Part shown: positions 40,017-50,442 of the stretch, piece after piece
Numbering within the stretch: the first letter of the stretch is position 1
Layout of the letters: each line of letters opens with the position of its first letter
From: Histomonas meleagridis 2922-C6/04-290x
Lineage: Eukaryota > Protista > Parabasalia
Direction: 5' to 3'
Assembly (NCBI GenBank): GCA_020184695.1
Contig: JAANOX010000046.1
Span: 78,466 to 142,465 of the forward strand
DNA: 64,000 nt
Program-made: the position numbers and the translations under genes
The notes under the pieces: generated by a model
Told to the model about the DNA's origin: nothing
The model's database searches: none
What the model saw: only the letters and a program-made list of their open reading frames with translations

Positions 40017-42718
40017 ATGATGTTCTTTGCTTTTATTTTCGCATTATTTAAAAATTCCTTTCAGGAATTCGATTGGAATACCCAATGGCAAAATGCAACT
40101 GGGAAACTTACAATCAAAGATCAAAATGATTTTAAGAATATATCTTCCATAAAAAATATGATAATAGAACTTGAAATTACAGGTTCTGTTAAATCAATTC
40201 CAAATGGTCAATTTGATGGAGCAGCTTTACTTAGAAGTATCAAATTAGGTATCTCTGTAGAAACAATTGAAGATAATGCTTTTAAAAACTGTAGAAACCT
40301 AACCAATGTAGAATTTGGAACTTCTTTATGTAATATCTTGAATTGTGCATTTCAATCATGTGAATCTATCCATTCCATCACATTACCCAAAACAAATCTT
40401 ACAGTTGGTCAAAATGCTTTTGATGGATGTCGTTCATTAACATATGTAAGTATTCCTAAAGAAATTTTTTCATTAGGAGGTACTGCTTTTGGCAGCTGTT
40501 CTAATATACAGGAAGTAATTTTTGAAGAAGATGTTAAACTTTCATCAGTTCCACAGAGTTGTTTTTATGAGTGTGGGAATTTAACAAAAATTAACATTCC
40601 TTCAACAGTAACAGAAATTGGAAATCAAGCATTTTGTTTATGTATAAGTTTGAGTTCTATCACAATACCTAATACTGTTAAAGATATAGGATATCAAGCA
40701 TTTCAAGGAATGCCAATATCTACATTTAATATTCCAACAGAAACAACATACATTGGGCCTAATGCTTTTACTAACTGTTCAAACTTAGTAAGTGTAACAA
40801 TGAATCAAAAATTAGAATTAATTGAACAAAAATTATTTTCGCAATGTTCATCATTAGAAACTATTACAATCCCTAATTCAGTTAAATCTATTGGACAATC
40901 TGCTTTTTGGCATTGCGTAAAATTAACAACAATTAAACTTGGAACTGGTATAACAACTATTGGTAACAATGCATTTGAATATAGTGGAATTACATCAATT
41001 CAACTTCCTTCAAGTACTAATCGAATTGGAAATTCTGCATTTGCTGACTGTAGTGCTCTCAAGACATTTACAATTGAAGGAAATACGTTGACTTCAATTG
41101 GAATTTATGCATTTTATTCTACAGCAATTACTGAAATTACATTGCCATCATCAATTACAACATTATCAGGAAGTGCTTTTGAAAATTGTGTAGAACTAAC
41201 AAAAATTAATGTTGGAAGTGTTACTACAATCAGCAATAGTTTATTTTCAGGTTGCTCAAAGTTATCATTAATTACATTAGGAAATTCAATCACTGTTATT
41301 GAAGAATATTCCTTTGTAAACTGTTATTCGCTTACAGAAATCACGTTACCTGATGCAGTTCAAACTATTAATAAATATGCATTTTCTTCAACTGGACTTA
41401 CTACAATTAATGTTGGTAAAAACATTAAAATTATTGGAGAATATGCATTTTATCATGCTCAGAACTAATATCCATTGATTTAACTAATGTTGAAACAATA
41501 GGAAATAATGCATTCCAAAATTGTAATAAGCTTACAACATGTACAATTGGAAATAAACTACAATTAATTGGAAATAATGCATTCCAAAATTGCAATAAGT
41601 TAACGACAATTCATATTCCAAGTACAACAACAACAATTGGTGAGTCACCATTTGCAAATACAAATGAACTAATATCAATTAATGTTGATTCAACAAATAC
41701 ACATTATAGTAATTACAATAATGATGGCGTTCTTTATGACAAAGATCAAACAGAAATTATATCATATCCAGGAGCTAAACAAGGTGAATGTTTTATACCA
41801 AATACAGTTACAACAATTAAGAAATATGCATTTCAAGGTAATCGCGGAATTTCACATTTTACAGGCGGTGTAAATATAAAAACTATCGAAGAACATGCAT
41901 TTGAGAATTCTAAATTCATAAATATTACAATTCCTAATTCAGTTGAAACGATAGGCGAATCTGCATTTAGAGATTGTGATTATATGAACACACTTTATTT
42001 AGGTTCAAACATTAAAAAGATTGAGAGTTATGCGTTTTATAGTTGTGAAGCACTTCGATGTTTATTTTATTCTGGTACCCAAGAACCTGAATATGGTACT
42101 GATGTATTTAGTTTTATGAATGAAAGAGCAAATTCAACTGTTCAATGCTTAGATGATTATAAAAAAGATACATTTTGTGGTTTAAATGTTCATATCGGTT
42201 CATTAATCGATTGCATTCCGGCAACTTCAACATTTACTTCATCAAATACATATGCTCCATCAAAACCATTTACTGCTTCAGCACCAGAAAATTGGGAACT
42301 TACAATTGTCCCAATTGGAACTTCAATAATACTTACAAAATATTCCGAAATTGAGAGTTCTTTTATAACGAATACGAATAGCATCACATTTATTAATAGT
42401 CAACAAAGCTATATAGCTCTTAATACTCAAATTTATGTGTATACTATGAAAGAAACACACGTAACAATTAGATTATATGATTATTCATTCGCACCAATAG
42501 AGAATCAAAATTATTATGATAATTCAAAGACCGGAATTGGTACAACTGAAATTGTAATTATCGTTGTAACTATCATTGTGGTGCTTATTTGTGGTGCTGT
42601 TATATTATTTACATACTTTAGAAACAGGAAGAAAGCAATTGAGGTTGCTCAAAATAATAAAAAAAGTGAGGTAAAAAATCAAGACCTTGTAAATGAGGAT
42701 GATGTTATCATTATATAG
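40017..42718 (+). pseudogene. BspA-like (TpLRR) surface protein of about 900 aa, split by one 1-nt frameshift at about 41454-41456
   Basis: ORF 40017-41468 and ORF 41984-42718 join: the second frame is open from 41456 (CSELISIDLTNVETIGNNAFQNC...) to 42718. Signal peptide, TpLRRs, S/T stalk, TM and acidic tail. Confidence 0.85.
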
Positions 42719-42919
42719 TTAGTAAAAATTAAATGTTTTTATTTTATAAATTTGTTAAATTTATTTTTGTTAGATTAGAAATTGGCTAATTGCGAGTTTA
42801 AAACATTTTCATTTGTAGTCAAATTGATTAATCAATGAATACAAATTTGATTTGATTGGTTTATTAAAAGTGATATGACATTTAGGAGTACCCCAAAATA
42901 CGCAAAATAAGTTTTATTA

Positions 42920-44002
42920 ATGATTTCGACGGAACAACCCGCTCCAAAACAGGTACACATTACAAAGAAAGCATTACAGCAGCTCACTGTGAAATCTCGT
43001 GAAACAAATTTGCAATATTTACGAGATCTTGATGATGAAAAGCCAATGTCAGAACGTTTATTATCATATTTTCTTCAACTCGAAATTATCTCAAGTACAA
43101 GCAACACCCTCAACTCATGGTCGGAACATATAAACAAATTAATAACCAATTATTCCCAATTCCATTCTCATTATTGCAAAGATTTAAAAATCTCCGAGAT
43201 AACTCCTCTTCTCGAGCCCATTATACCACGCGATTTACCACGATCTCTAGGGATTTTCGATGAATTTCAAGAAATCCTTCTTGTTCCAAAAACCTTTTTT
43301 ACAGAATATGAACTTCGTTTTTATCGTATCTTTTTAATTCTATCCAAAGAATCACCCACATTTCGTTATGCTCAAGGTATGGATCGATTTTTATATTTAT
43401 CTACCATCATTTCGATTCAATTTTGTCAAGAACTCAACCTTGACGTTGATGTTTGCGAATCACTTACATATTTTCTCTTTAAAGGTCTTATTAACAAAGT
43501 TTACATCGGCAATATTGCTCTCGATCAAGAACTTTCAAAAGATCTTTTCTTACGTATGGCAGTTGTTATGGTCAAATGTACTCCAATCAAAGCCGGCACA
43601 CTTGCCCGTCTTCAAATTAAGCCCGAAATGTTTGCATTGAATTACGTTTTGTTATTATTTATGGACCAGCATCCCCTAAAACAACTTCTTATCATCTGGG
43701 ACCAAATTCTACTTAACGTGGAGCGTTGTGAGGCTTTTATTATTTCACTTGTTGTTGCACATATAAATCAAATTGAAATTAAATCTGCTTCACAAGCAGA
43801 CGAAATGCAAAGAATCATGAAAGAAAAAGATTTCTTCTTACAAAGACTGGTGTACGAGGCGAATTTGTTTGTCGAGACTGCAGATAAATTAAAGGATGGA
43901 AAAGATTTGAGTGAAGATGAGCCATTAAATATTTGGAAGTTTGTGGTTCCAATTGTTGTGATCGTTGTTGTAGGTGTTGTACTCTTCAAATTTACTAAAT
44001 AA
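42920..44002 (+). CDS. TBC-domain Rab-GAP with C-terminal hydrophobic tail anchor
   Basis: IIPRDLPRS (IxxDxxR) and FRYAQGM (YxQ) motifs. C-terminus IWKFVVPIVVIVVVGVVLFKFTK. Confidence 0.75.
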   Translation: MISTEQPAPKQVHITKKALQQLTVKSRETNLQYLRDLDDEKPMSERLLSYFLQLEIISSTSNTLNSWSEHINKLITNYSQFHSHYCKDLKISEITPLLEPIIPRDLPRSLGIFDEFQEILLVPKTFFTEYELRFYRIFLILSKESPTFRYAQGMDRFLYLSTIISIQFCQELNLDVDVCESLTYFLFKGLINKVYIGNIALDQELSKDLFLRMAVVMVKCTPIKAGTLARLQIKPEMFALNYVLLLFMDQHPLKQLLIIWDQILLNVERCEAFIISLVVAHINQIEIKSASQADEMQRIMKEKDFFLQRLVYEANLFVETADKLKDGKDLSEDEPLNIWKFVVPIVVIVVVGVVLFKFTK

Positions 44003-44389
44003 ATTAAATTGGAAATTTAATAAATTTTTTTAAATTAAATTTTAGTAATTTATATTGATGTTAAGGGTGTTTAATATGAATATGTTCTAAATTACGTTTT
44101 GCAAATGTTTTTTTCAAAGTCTTTGTGTTCATAAATATAAACTAATAATTTTTGTATTATATATTCCATTTTTCAAATTATTTGATAAATTGTCAATTAA
44201 TTATAATTATAATTATTATAATTATATGTAATGATGCTAATTTCGCCATTTCTCCGTAAATTAGTCGAAAGCACCGTTTCTAGCTTTATTTCTAAAATGT
44301 TTTTTGAGAACGATATTAACATATGAGCTGATTGAGTGATATTTATTCGTCCATTCATTCAAATTTGACTTCGAACCGCTGGAACATGT

Positions 44390-44556
44390 TCAAGCATTAT
44401 CATCGATTCGATTTAAATCAAGAAGTAATTTAACTATATCTACATAACATTTTTCGGATGCAATAATAAGAGCTTTTTTAAATATTTACGTTATTATCAA
44501 ACATCATTCTGAAATACGTAATTATTTAATTAAATATTGTATATAATGAATAACTA
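44390..44556 (-). pseudogene. Solitary ankyrin block plus spacer-like sequence (locus 4 remnant)
   Basis: 44476-44393 reads KALIIASEKCYVDIVKLLLDLNRIDDNA*, preceded by a diverged spacer core (aataattacgtatttcagaatgatgtttga...). Confidence 0.6.
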
Positions 44557-44586
44557 TTTCACAAAATAATTGAGCACGTTTAAAAA

Positions 44587-45003
44587 ATGGATGATGATAA
44601 AATCTCAACAATTTCACCAAATTTAATAACTCCTTCAACAAGATGGACTCCTCACACGTTTTTTGGTTCCAAAAAGAGAGATAATTTTTTTCTTGGGAAT
44701 TTATCAAAACCATTAGATCCTATAACATTAAATGTTAATGACATTCACCTAAAATGGACTGATGGAACATGGTTTAGAATGGGGAAGAGCCATTGCCCTG
44801 AAGACAAAAAGCTCACAAAAGTCCAAAAAAGAAATATTAAAGAAGAAAATCTTAATCTATCAACCCAAATAGAAATTCTTTTGGATATAAATACAAATTA
44901 TGAGTTGAAGAAAGCACACCTAGCCGAAAAGCTAAGTGATTTGGAAAATCAAATTCGTTCATTTCCTGGATTGAACTTCAGTTCTTTGGATAGCTCATAT
45001 TGA
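44587..45003 (+). CDS. Chibby-family basal-body protein
   Basis: PITLNVNDIHLKWTDGTWF resembles Chibby TPTMNLAGQSLKFENGQWI. NIKEENLNLSTQIEILLD resembles QLEEENNLLRLKVDILLD. Confidence 0.65.
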   Translation: MDDDKISTISPNLITPSTRWTPHTFFGSKKRDNFFLGNLSKPLDPITLNVNDIHLKWTDGTWFRMGKSHCPEDKKLTKVQKRNIKEENLNLSTQIEILLDINTNYELKKAHLAEKLSDLENQIRSFPGLNFSSLDSSY

Positions 45004-45145
45004 GCAAAAGTTTTCTGTAATTTAAATAATATCTTCGATATGTCTATTTGAATCATTAAAAAAAGAAAAATTTTTGTTGATTGATGTACATCTTGATACA
45101 TATTTTTTATTAAAAAGTTGCAAAACCCTTACTTACAAGGGCTTG

Positions 45146-45697
45146 TCACTGAAGTTGACATTTGGTTTCTTTTTCCTTTTTATGGTTTTGTAAAGCTGAT
45201 CGAGCGATTTCACAAAAAAGATTTCCAACTTTGATGTCATCCTTTGCTGAACATTGGAGATAACAATCAAATTTTTGGTCAATGACAAGTTGCATAGCAT
45301 CTTCATCTGAAATACAATTCGGATCATGTTGATATAAATCAAATTTTGTGCCAATAAGAAACACTGTGGCTTTTGGAGCATAGAGTTTGATGTGATGAAT
45401 ATGTTTTTTGGTTAAACTTTGAAAAGATTCTAGATTATTAAGTGCGAAACAAAGGAAAATAATATTAGCTCCATGATAACAAATAGGACAAAGCCTATCA
45501 AATTCATCACCATTAACAGTATCACAAAAATGAGCCTTAAAATTTCTTTTGTTGATCGTAAATTCTTGGCAATAGCCTTCAAAAATAATTGGAATGTATC
45601 TATTTGGAAATGGTTTCCCATTCATTACCATCAACAAACTCGTTTTTCCAACTCCATTGTCTCCAACAACGGTGACTTTTAGATCAATGAAATCCAA
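45146..45697 (-). CDS. Atypical Rho/Rac-family GTPase lacking an in-frame ATG (TTG start or young pseudogene)
   Basis: GDNGVGKT, YIPIIFEGY, CDTVNGDEFDRL, GTKFDL, CSAK and a terminal CQLQ. First codon is TTG, with an in-frame TAA 6 codons upstream. Confidence 0.7.
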   Translation of the reverse strand: MDFIDLKVTVVGDNGVGKTSLLMVMNGKPFPNRYIPIIFEGYCQEFTINKRNFKAHFCDTVNGDEFDRLCPICYHGANIIFLCFALNNLESFQSLTKKHIHHIKLYAPKATVFLIGTKFDLYQHDPNCISDEDAMQLVIDQKFDCYLQCSAKDDIKVGNLFCEIARSALQNHKKEKETKCQLQ

Positions 45698-46662
45698 ACT
45701 AAGTGCTTTTTTTTAAATAAAGCACTCGAAAAGTTGCTCAAACCTACAAATTCGATTAATTTCAATTCAAATGCAAAAACGATATGAAATCCTTTTTTTT
45801 TAAAAAAAGCTTCCAGGTACGATCAAAATCAACTTTTTCAATAAATTCGAAAAAACATGTTTTTGTTTTTCATATATCTCCATGTATATAATAAAATTTA
45901 AAATTTCTTGTTGACCCAGAAAATAATACTACATGGACTTTAAGTTTATCATGTTGTTTCCGAAAAAAAAAAGGAAAAATAAATTAATACAAAATTAATC
46001 AATATAATATATAAATCAAATTATTATAATTTTTTGATACACGCATCATATGGCATTATGTTTTATAGTGTTAGAAATCAAATAAATTAAAACAAAATCA
46101 AGAAATCTACAAAACAAAATGAAAAAAATTAAGTAAGTCTGTTCAAAGTCAAAATATTCCGGAATATTGAGTGGTTTATAATATTATCAAAAGATTATGA
46201 CAAAATAAACAAAAAAAGGTTAATAATTATGTTTCATTTTGAGACTTGAATTTTTGATTGATGCTTTTGGTTTTTGGCTTCTTGCAATAAATGAGAAAGT
46301 GATAGGGCGCTCCAGTTTAAAGTCTTACGCCTTCAACCTTTATTTATTCACAAATTAATCAGTTCAATCAAAGATCGTGTGGCAATATTATTTTAATTTT
46401 CGCATTGCTAATTGACCACAACAAATGTAATTGCATCAATATTCACATTATTACAAACTTCGCTTTACTGAGTTTTAATTTAAAAATGTATGCATATAAA
46501 AATACATATGTAGATATGATTTGCTTTCGAACATTTGTGTTGAAAAAAATCTTTTGAAAAGAGGCAAAATAAAAAAGGTATTATTTTTATTCTTCTTATC
46601 TTTATTTATTTAGAAGAAATTTGTTTAAACAAATTTCAAACCACATAAAATAACAAACAATT

Positions 46663-46800
46663 TTATACAACACCGTATTTTCCTTGCCATTCCACATACA
46701 TTTTTTGACCGTAAGCTTCACTTGCCTTAGTTCTTTCGATTGCTACTTCTTGACAATCCAAGTTGATGTCAATTCCAGAGAACATTAGAATCGATATCAT
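46663..46800 (-). CDS. Candidate 45-aa small ORF, function unknown
   Basis: ATG ATA TCG...GTA TAA (MISILMFSGIDINLDCQEVAIERTKASEAYGQKMYVEWQGKYGVV). Coding-like GC in AT-rich surroundings. Below the ORF-track cutoff. Confidence 0.35.
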   Translation of the reverse strand: MISILMFSGIDINLDCQEVAIERTKASEAYGQKMYVEWQGKYGVV

Positions 46801-46960
46801 TTTTAGTTATATCAATTGTTAATAATTTTTGAACATGTAAACTCGTGCATTAAAATCGAGTGGTGGGAAATCAACCAACAAAAATTTATGAATTCCCAAT
46901 TCGAATAATTAATAAACCATTCAAAAAAGGTGTAATTGCCGATGTGTTATCGTTTTCTCA

Positions 46961-48370
46961 ATGTCTGGTGACTTCGTTTTCATCGATTATGATTCCGATT
47001 CTGATATCCCAATCATTGAAGGAACAAGTCTTCGTAGGATATTACAAGAATGGAAAGGTATTAAAATTGGATTAAGTCATAATCATGATAAAACAGATTC
47101 TTTATGGGAAAATCTTGTCCCACTTTTCAATAATTTAACAATAAAAGACAAAAATGAAGCCAACCAATTTATTGATATTTTCCTCAAAGACATCAATACT
47201 ATGCTTCAAAATCCTGAATTAAAAAAAATCACAAATGAAATTTTCTTGTTATTACATGATTTTTTGGTACCACTATCAGTACCACTTGGTTCCTATAGTC
47301 CTAATGTTATTATTCCTATTATGGAGTCTATTCATAACATCGATTTTACAGATAAGTGCAGTTTTTTAAATGAATTTCTTGAACCATTAAGTGCAGATGA
47401 AATTGAAGATGTCAGTGGTCGTCGACCATTTCTTGATGTTCTTCTTGATTCATTTCCGATGCAAACACCAATTTCCACTACGTCTCGACTTCTTATCCAT
47501 TCCATTCTTACCTCTTCACGTGATTCAGCCGATTATCTTATTCCCAATCTTCTTTATTCTGTTTGTAATCTTTTTTGTTTTTTTTCGAGTATCTCACCAA
47601 CACTTTTTTCTGGATGTTATCCCATTGAGATTATGCATTTTTGTTGCAATAGTATCCTTCAATCCATCCATAATACCAATTACATCGCAACGCTTACATC
47701 ACAATTCCAATCAACTCTCATACATCAACTAAACGGTCTCCCTCCATATATTCAATTCAGAACTCTTTTGTTCTTTTTCTCTGAACTGAGTCATTATCCG
47801 ACTCTTTCACTTTTAATTTTAGATACTGTACAACCAAGTAGTGTTTTTGCTCGAAACATTGATAGTTGGATGGCGCAATATACATCTGATTCATTAAGAT
47901 TATTGATATCAATGTTAAATACAAGATGCATAGCACTTCAATCAGCTTTCTTTTATTCAAATGGGGCAAATGATTTCTCATCTGTTTATGGTTTTCCTTC
48001 ATTTGAAACAAAAAAGAAAAAGTCTTTTCCAGATATAAATTTGTTTTCTATTTATAAAGATCCAAATAAAGAATTACCAGATAGAGTTCCAAGAGTTCAT
48101 TCAGTGCTTCCAGCAATTCTTAGTTTGTTTTCAAGATTTTGGGATTTGCCAATAGATATATGTGATTTAATTGTTGGATTAATCGAAAGATTTGCTGCAA
48201 CTTGTGATTCGAATGCTTATGTTTTTTGTTTTACACCAGGTGTAAATATTTATGCTGCAACAGCTCAACTAATGCTTTCAAAGAAAAAGAAATCAGAACA
48301 TACAAAGCTTTTGCAATCTTTTGTTTCAACAATGGAAATAATTTTGGATTCAAATGAAATAGTGAAGTGA
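46961..48370 (+). CDS. Hypothetical 469-aa helical protein (weak resemblance to FHIP/FAM160)
   Basis: Long ATG-initiated ORF. Family resemblance by eye only. Confidence 0.6.
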   Translation: MSGDFVFIDYDSDSDIPIIEGTSLRRILQEWKGIKIGLSHNHDKTDSLWENLVPLFNNLTIKDKNEANQFIDIFLKDINTMLQNPELKKITNEIFLLLHDFLVPLSVPLGSYSPNVIIPIMESIHNIDFTDKCSFLNEFLEPLSADEIEDVSGRRPFLDVLLDSFPMQTPISTTSRLLIHSILTSSRDSADYLIPNLLYSVCNLFCFFSSISPTLFSGCYPIEIMHFCCNSILQSIHNTNYIATLTSQFQSTLIHQLNGLPPYIQFRTLLFFFSELSHYPTLSLLILDTVQPSSVFARNIDSWMAQYTSDSLRLLISMLNTRCIALQSAFFYSNGANDFSSVYGFPSFETKKKKSFPDINLFSIYKDPNKELPDRVPRVHSVLPAILSLFSRFWDLPIDICDLIVGLIERFAATCDSNAYVFCFTPGVNIYAATAQLMLSKKKKSEHTKLLQSFVSTMEIILDSNEIVK

Positions 48371-48416
48371 CCAGTTAGCAATTCAAAATTGTGCGTTTAC
48401 ATTTTCATAGAAAAAT

Positions 48417-48842
48417 ATGAAACAAACAAAAATAAAACCTGTAAAAATAAATCAGGATGAAGTAAATAGAAAGGTTAAGGAAGCTCTAGATAAAGCTGGG
48501 GCTGAAAATCATATTCATGCTGATTTTTATTATCATTTATCAGAATGCATAATGAACTCACAAAATCCACATTTGTCTATATTAAAATCAAATGTTCACA
48601 CAAGAAGTAGTGTAGCATGGAGGATTGCATTTCAAATTGTTAATAATTATCTAGAAAATAATAATTTGGATTATTCTCTTAAAACTGTTCAAATCGAACA
48701 TTTTGTTCCATACAGAGAGCCGGATCTAATATATCAACTTCAGCTGTCAAGAAATAATGATTATATCGAACAAATTCTGCGAAAAACAGAAATCCAAAGA
48801 AAATTAACATTAAAACAAAAACTTGGAAAATTTGCTGAATAA
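48417..48842 (+). CDS. LisH/FOP-dimerisation-like protein (FOP/FOR20/TON1 family-like)
   Basis: VKEALDKAGAENHIHADFY..L and IAFQIVNNYLENNNLDYSLKTVQIE fit the FOP N-terminal plus LisH pattern. Confidence 0.55.
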   Translation: MKQTKIKPVKINQDEVNRKVKEALDKAGAENHIHADFYYHLSECIMNSQNPHLSILKSNVHTRSSVAWRIAFQIVNNYLENNNLDYSLKTVQIEHFVPYREPDLIYQLQLSRNNDYIEQILRKTEIQRKLTLKQKLGKFAE

Positions 48843-48850
48843 ATATGTAT

Positions 48851-49333
48851 CTAAAGAGTTGGTTTATTGTATCTTTTCGCATGTTCCTTTATAACTTCAT
48901 AATATGCCTTTCTGTCTTTCATGAATCTTATATAATGTTCTTCGTGTGCAGGGCTATCAGGATTTGGACTATCCAGTAATCCTTGTATGCCAAGCAAAAT
49001 TTGTCTTAGTGTTATGGATGGTTTCCATCCTTCGTCATCGTGAAGAATTGATAAACAAACTGTTCCAGATGGAAATACATTTAAATGGGGAATGGGTGGT
49101 ACAAATTTTGCTACAGGTGGCATGGCAGGGTAATTAGGTGGGAATGTTAAAATAAGTGGGTAATATCCACCTGCCCATGGAGAATCATCTTTTCCAGGAA
49201 TTAAACATTCCCATTCAAATAAATTTAAATCCCCATTTGGTTGTTTCTTAGGTCGTGCTATAAATCCTTGTGGGTGATCTTGACGCCATCTTTTTCTTTC
49301 TTGCTGGAGCCTTTCGATAGCAAGATCAGTCAT
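48851..49333 (-). CDS. UBC9: SUMO-conjugating enzyme E2
   Basis: LAIERLQQERKRWRQDHPQGF.A.P...G.LNLF.WEC.IPGK and VFPSGTVCLSIL. ATG at 49333 with M3-like AGCGGTTT at 49348-49341. Confidence 0.95.
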   Translation of the reverse strand: MTDLAIERLQQERKRWRQDHPQGFIARPKKQPNGDLNLFEWECLIPGKDDSPWAGGYYPLILTFPPNYPAMPPVAKFVPPIPHLNVFPSGTVCLSILHDDEGWKPSITLRQILLGIQGLLDSPNPDSPAHEEHYIRFMKDRKAYYEVIKEHAKRYNKPTL

Positions 49334-49545
49334 TGATCGTAAACCGCTCAGATTCAATATTTTACTATTTTTTTCTTTCAGTTTTGGGCTTAAGGGCGGC
49401 CGTTAACCCATGAAATTTGCATTAAATGACGCTTTGGGATTGATAAATTGTTGATAAGTTCTTCAAATGTTTTTAATAAACATTAAAATTCATTCAATCA
49501 TACATTTAAAAAAATAACAAAACTTTGATTGATTTTTAATTGGAA

Positions 49546-50139
49546 TTAGCAACACCCACTGCTGTTGTTTTGTGAGGTTGTGTCACCAATTGAAACGATA
49601 TTTGGAGGATTTTCATCAGCAACAGTGTTCATTGCTTGAATTGCCTCTGTAGCTAGTGCTCCAAAAGCATCATCAACACCGACACCACTGAATGCACTTG
49701 TTTCATAGTACTTACAATTGTTTTTCTCTGCAAAATCCGTAACTGATTCAATTGAAATTTCTCTTTTTTCCATTAGATCAGATTTGTTTCCTACAAGAAC
49801 AAATGGACTATCTGGTTCTAAGTTCTTAAAGAGGTTTATCCATTCGGGAACATCTTCAAAAGAAGACTTAACTGTTAAGTCAAAAACAATCATTGCAGCT
49901 TTAGCTCCTTTGCAGTAAAGCGGAACGGTGTCACGAAATGAGTCTTGTCCAGCAGTATCCCAAACTTGGAAAGTATAATTTTCATTGTCAATTTCGATAT
50001 TTTGAAAACGTGTTCCTGCCCCAAGAGTTGACAGTTTATTTGGATCAAAGTAATCATCACACCACCTTGTGAGAAGTGTTGTCTTCCCGACGGAAGTGCT
50101 GCCCAAAAGAATCACTTTGATCGCATTCGAACCGTTCAT
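49546..50139 (-). CDS. Rab-family GTPase
   Basis: GSTSVGKT, WDTAGQDSFR, GNKSDL, ETSA and C-terminal GCC. ATG at 50139. Confidence 0.93.
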   Translation of the reverse strand: MNGSNAIKVILLGSTSVGKTTLLTRWCDDYFDPNKLSTLGAGTRFQNIEIDNENYTFQVWDTAGQDSFRDTVPLYCKGAKAAMIVFDLTVKSSFEDVPEWINLFKNLEPDSPFVLVGNKSDLMEKREISIESVTDFAEKNNCKYYETSAFSGVGVDDAFGALATEAIQAMNTVADENPPNIVSIGDTTSQNNSSGCC

Positions 50140-50442
50140 TGATACTAAAATTTTTTCGGTTTTCAAGCTACAACGTAAAGCATACAAAAATCAGGAATTT
50201 CTCATCATGATAACTTTTTCAATATCAAAAAATGTCGCTCAAAAAAAGCATTTCTTGTGATATCATTCGTAAAATTTGATTTCTACCTTTATGACCATAA
50301 ACACGCAGCGTACTGTGGCCACAGTTATTTTCATTTCATAAGATTATAGTCGGATGAATGAATTTATGAATAATTCAAAAAGCATGATCTCTTATAAGAG
50401 AACACTCATCTTTAAAACATACAATTAATTTTGCTTTATCTT

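Noticed and set aside
45698-45800. Possible intron supplying the missing ATG of the Rho-like gene (AG just before the TTG)
   Set aside because: No ACTAAC branch motif and no suitable upstream ATG exon nearby.
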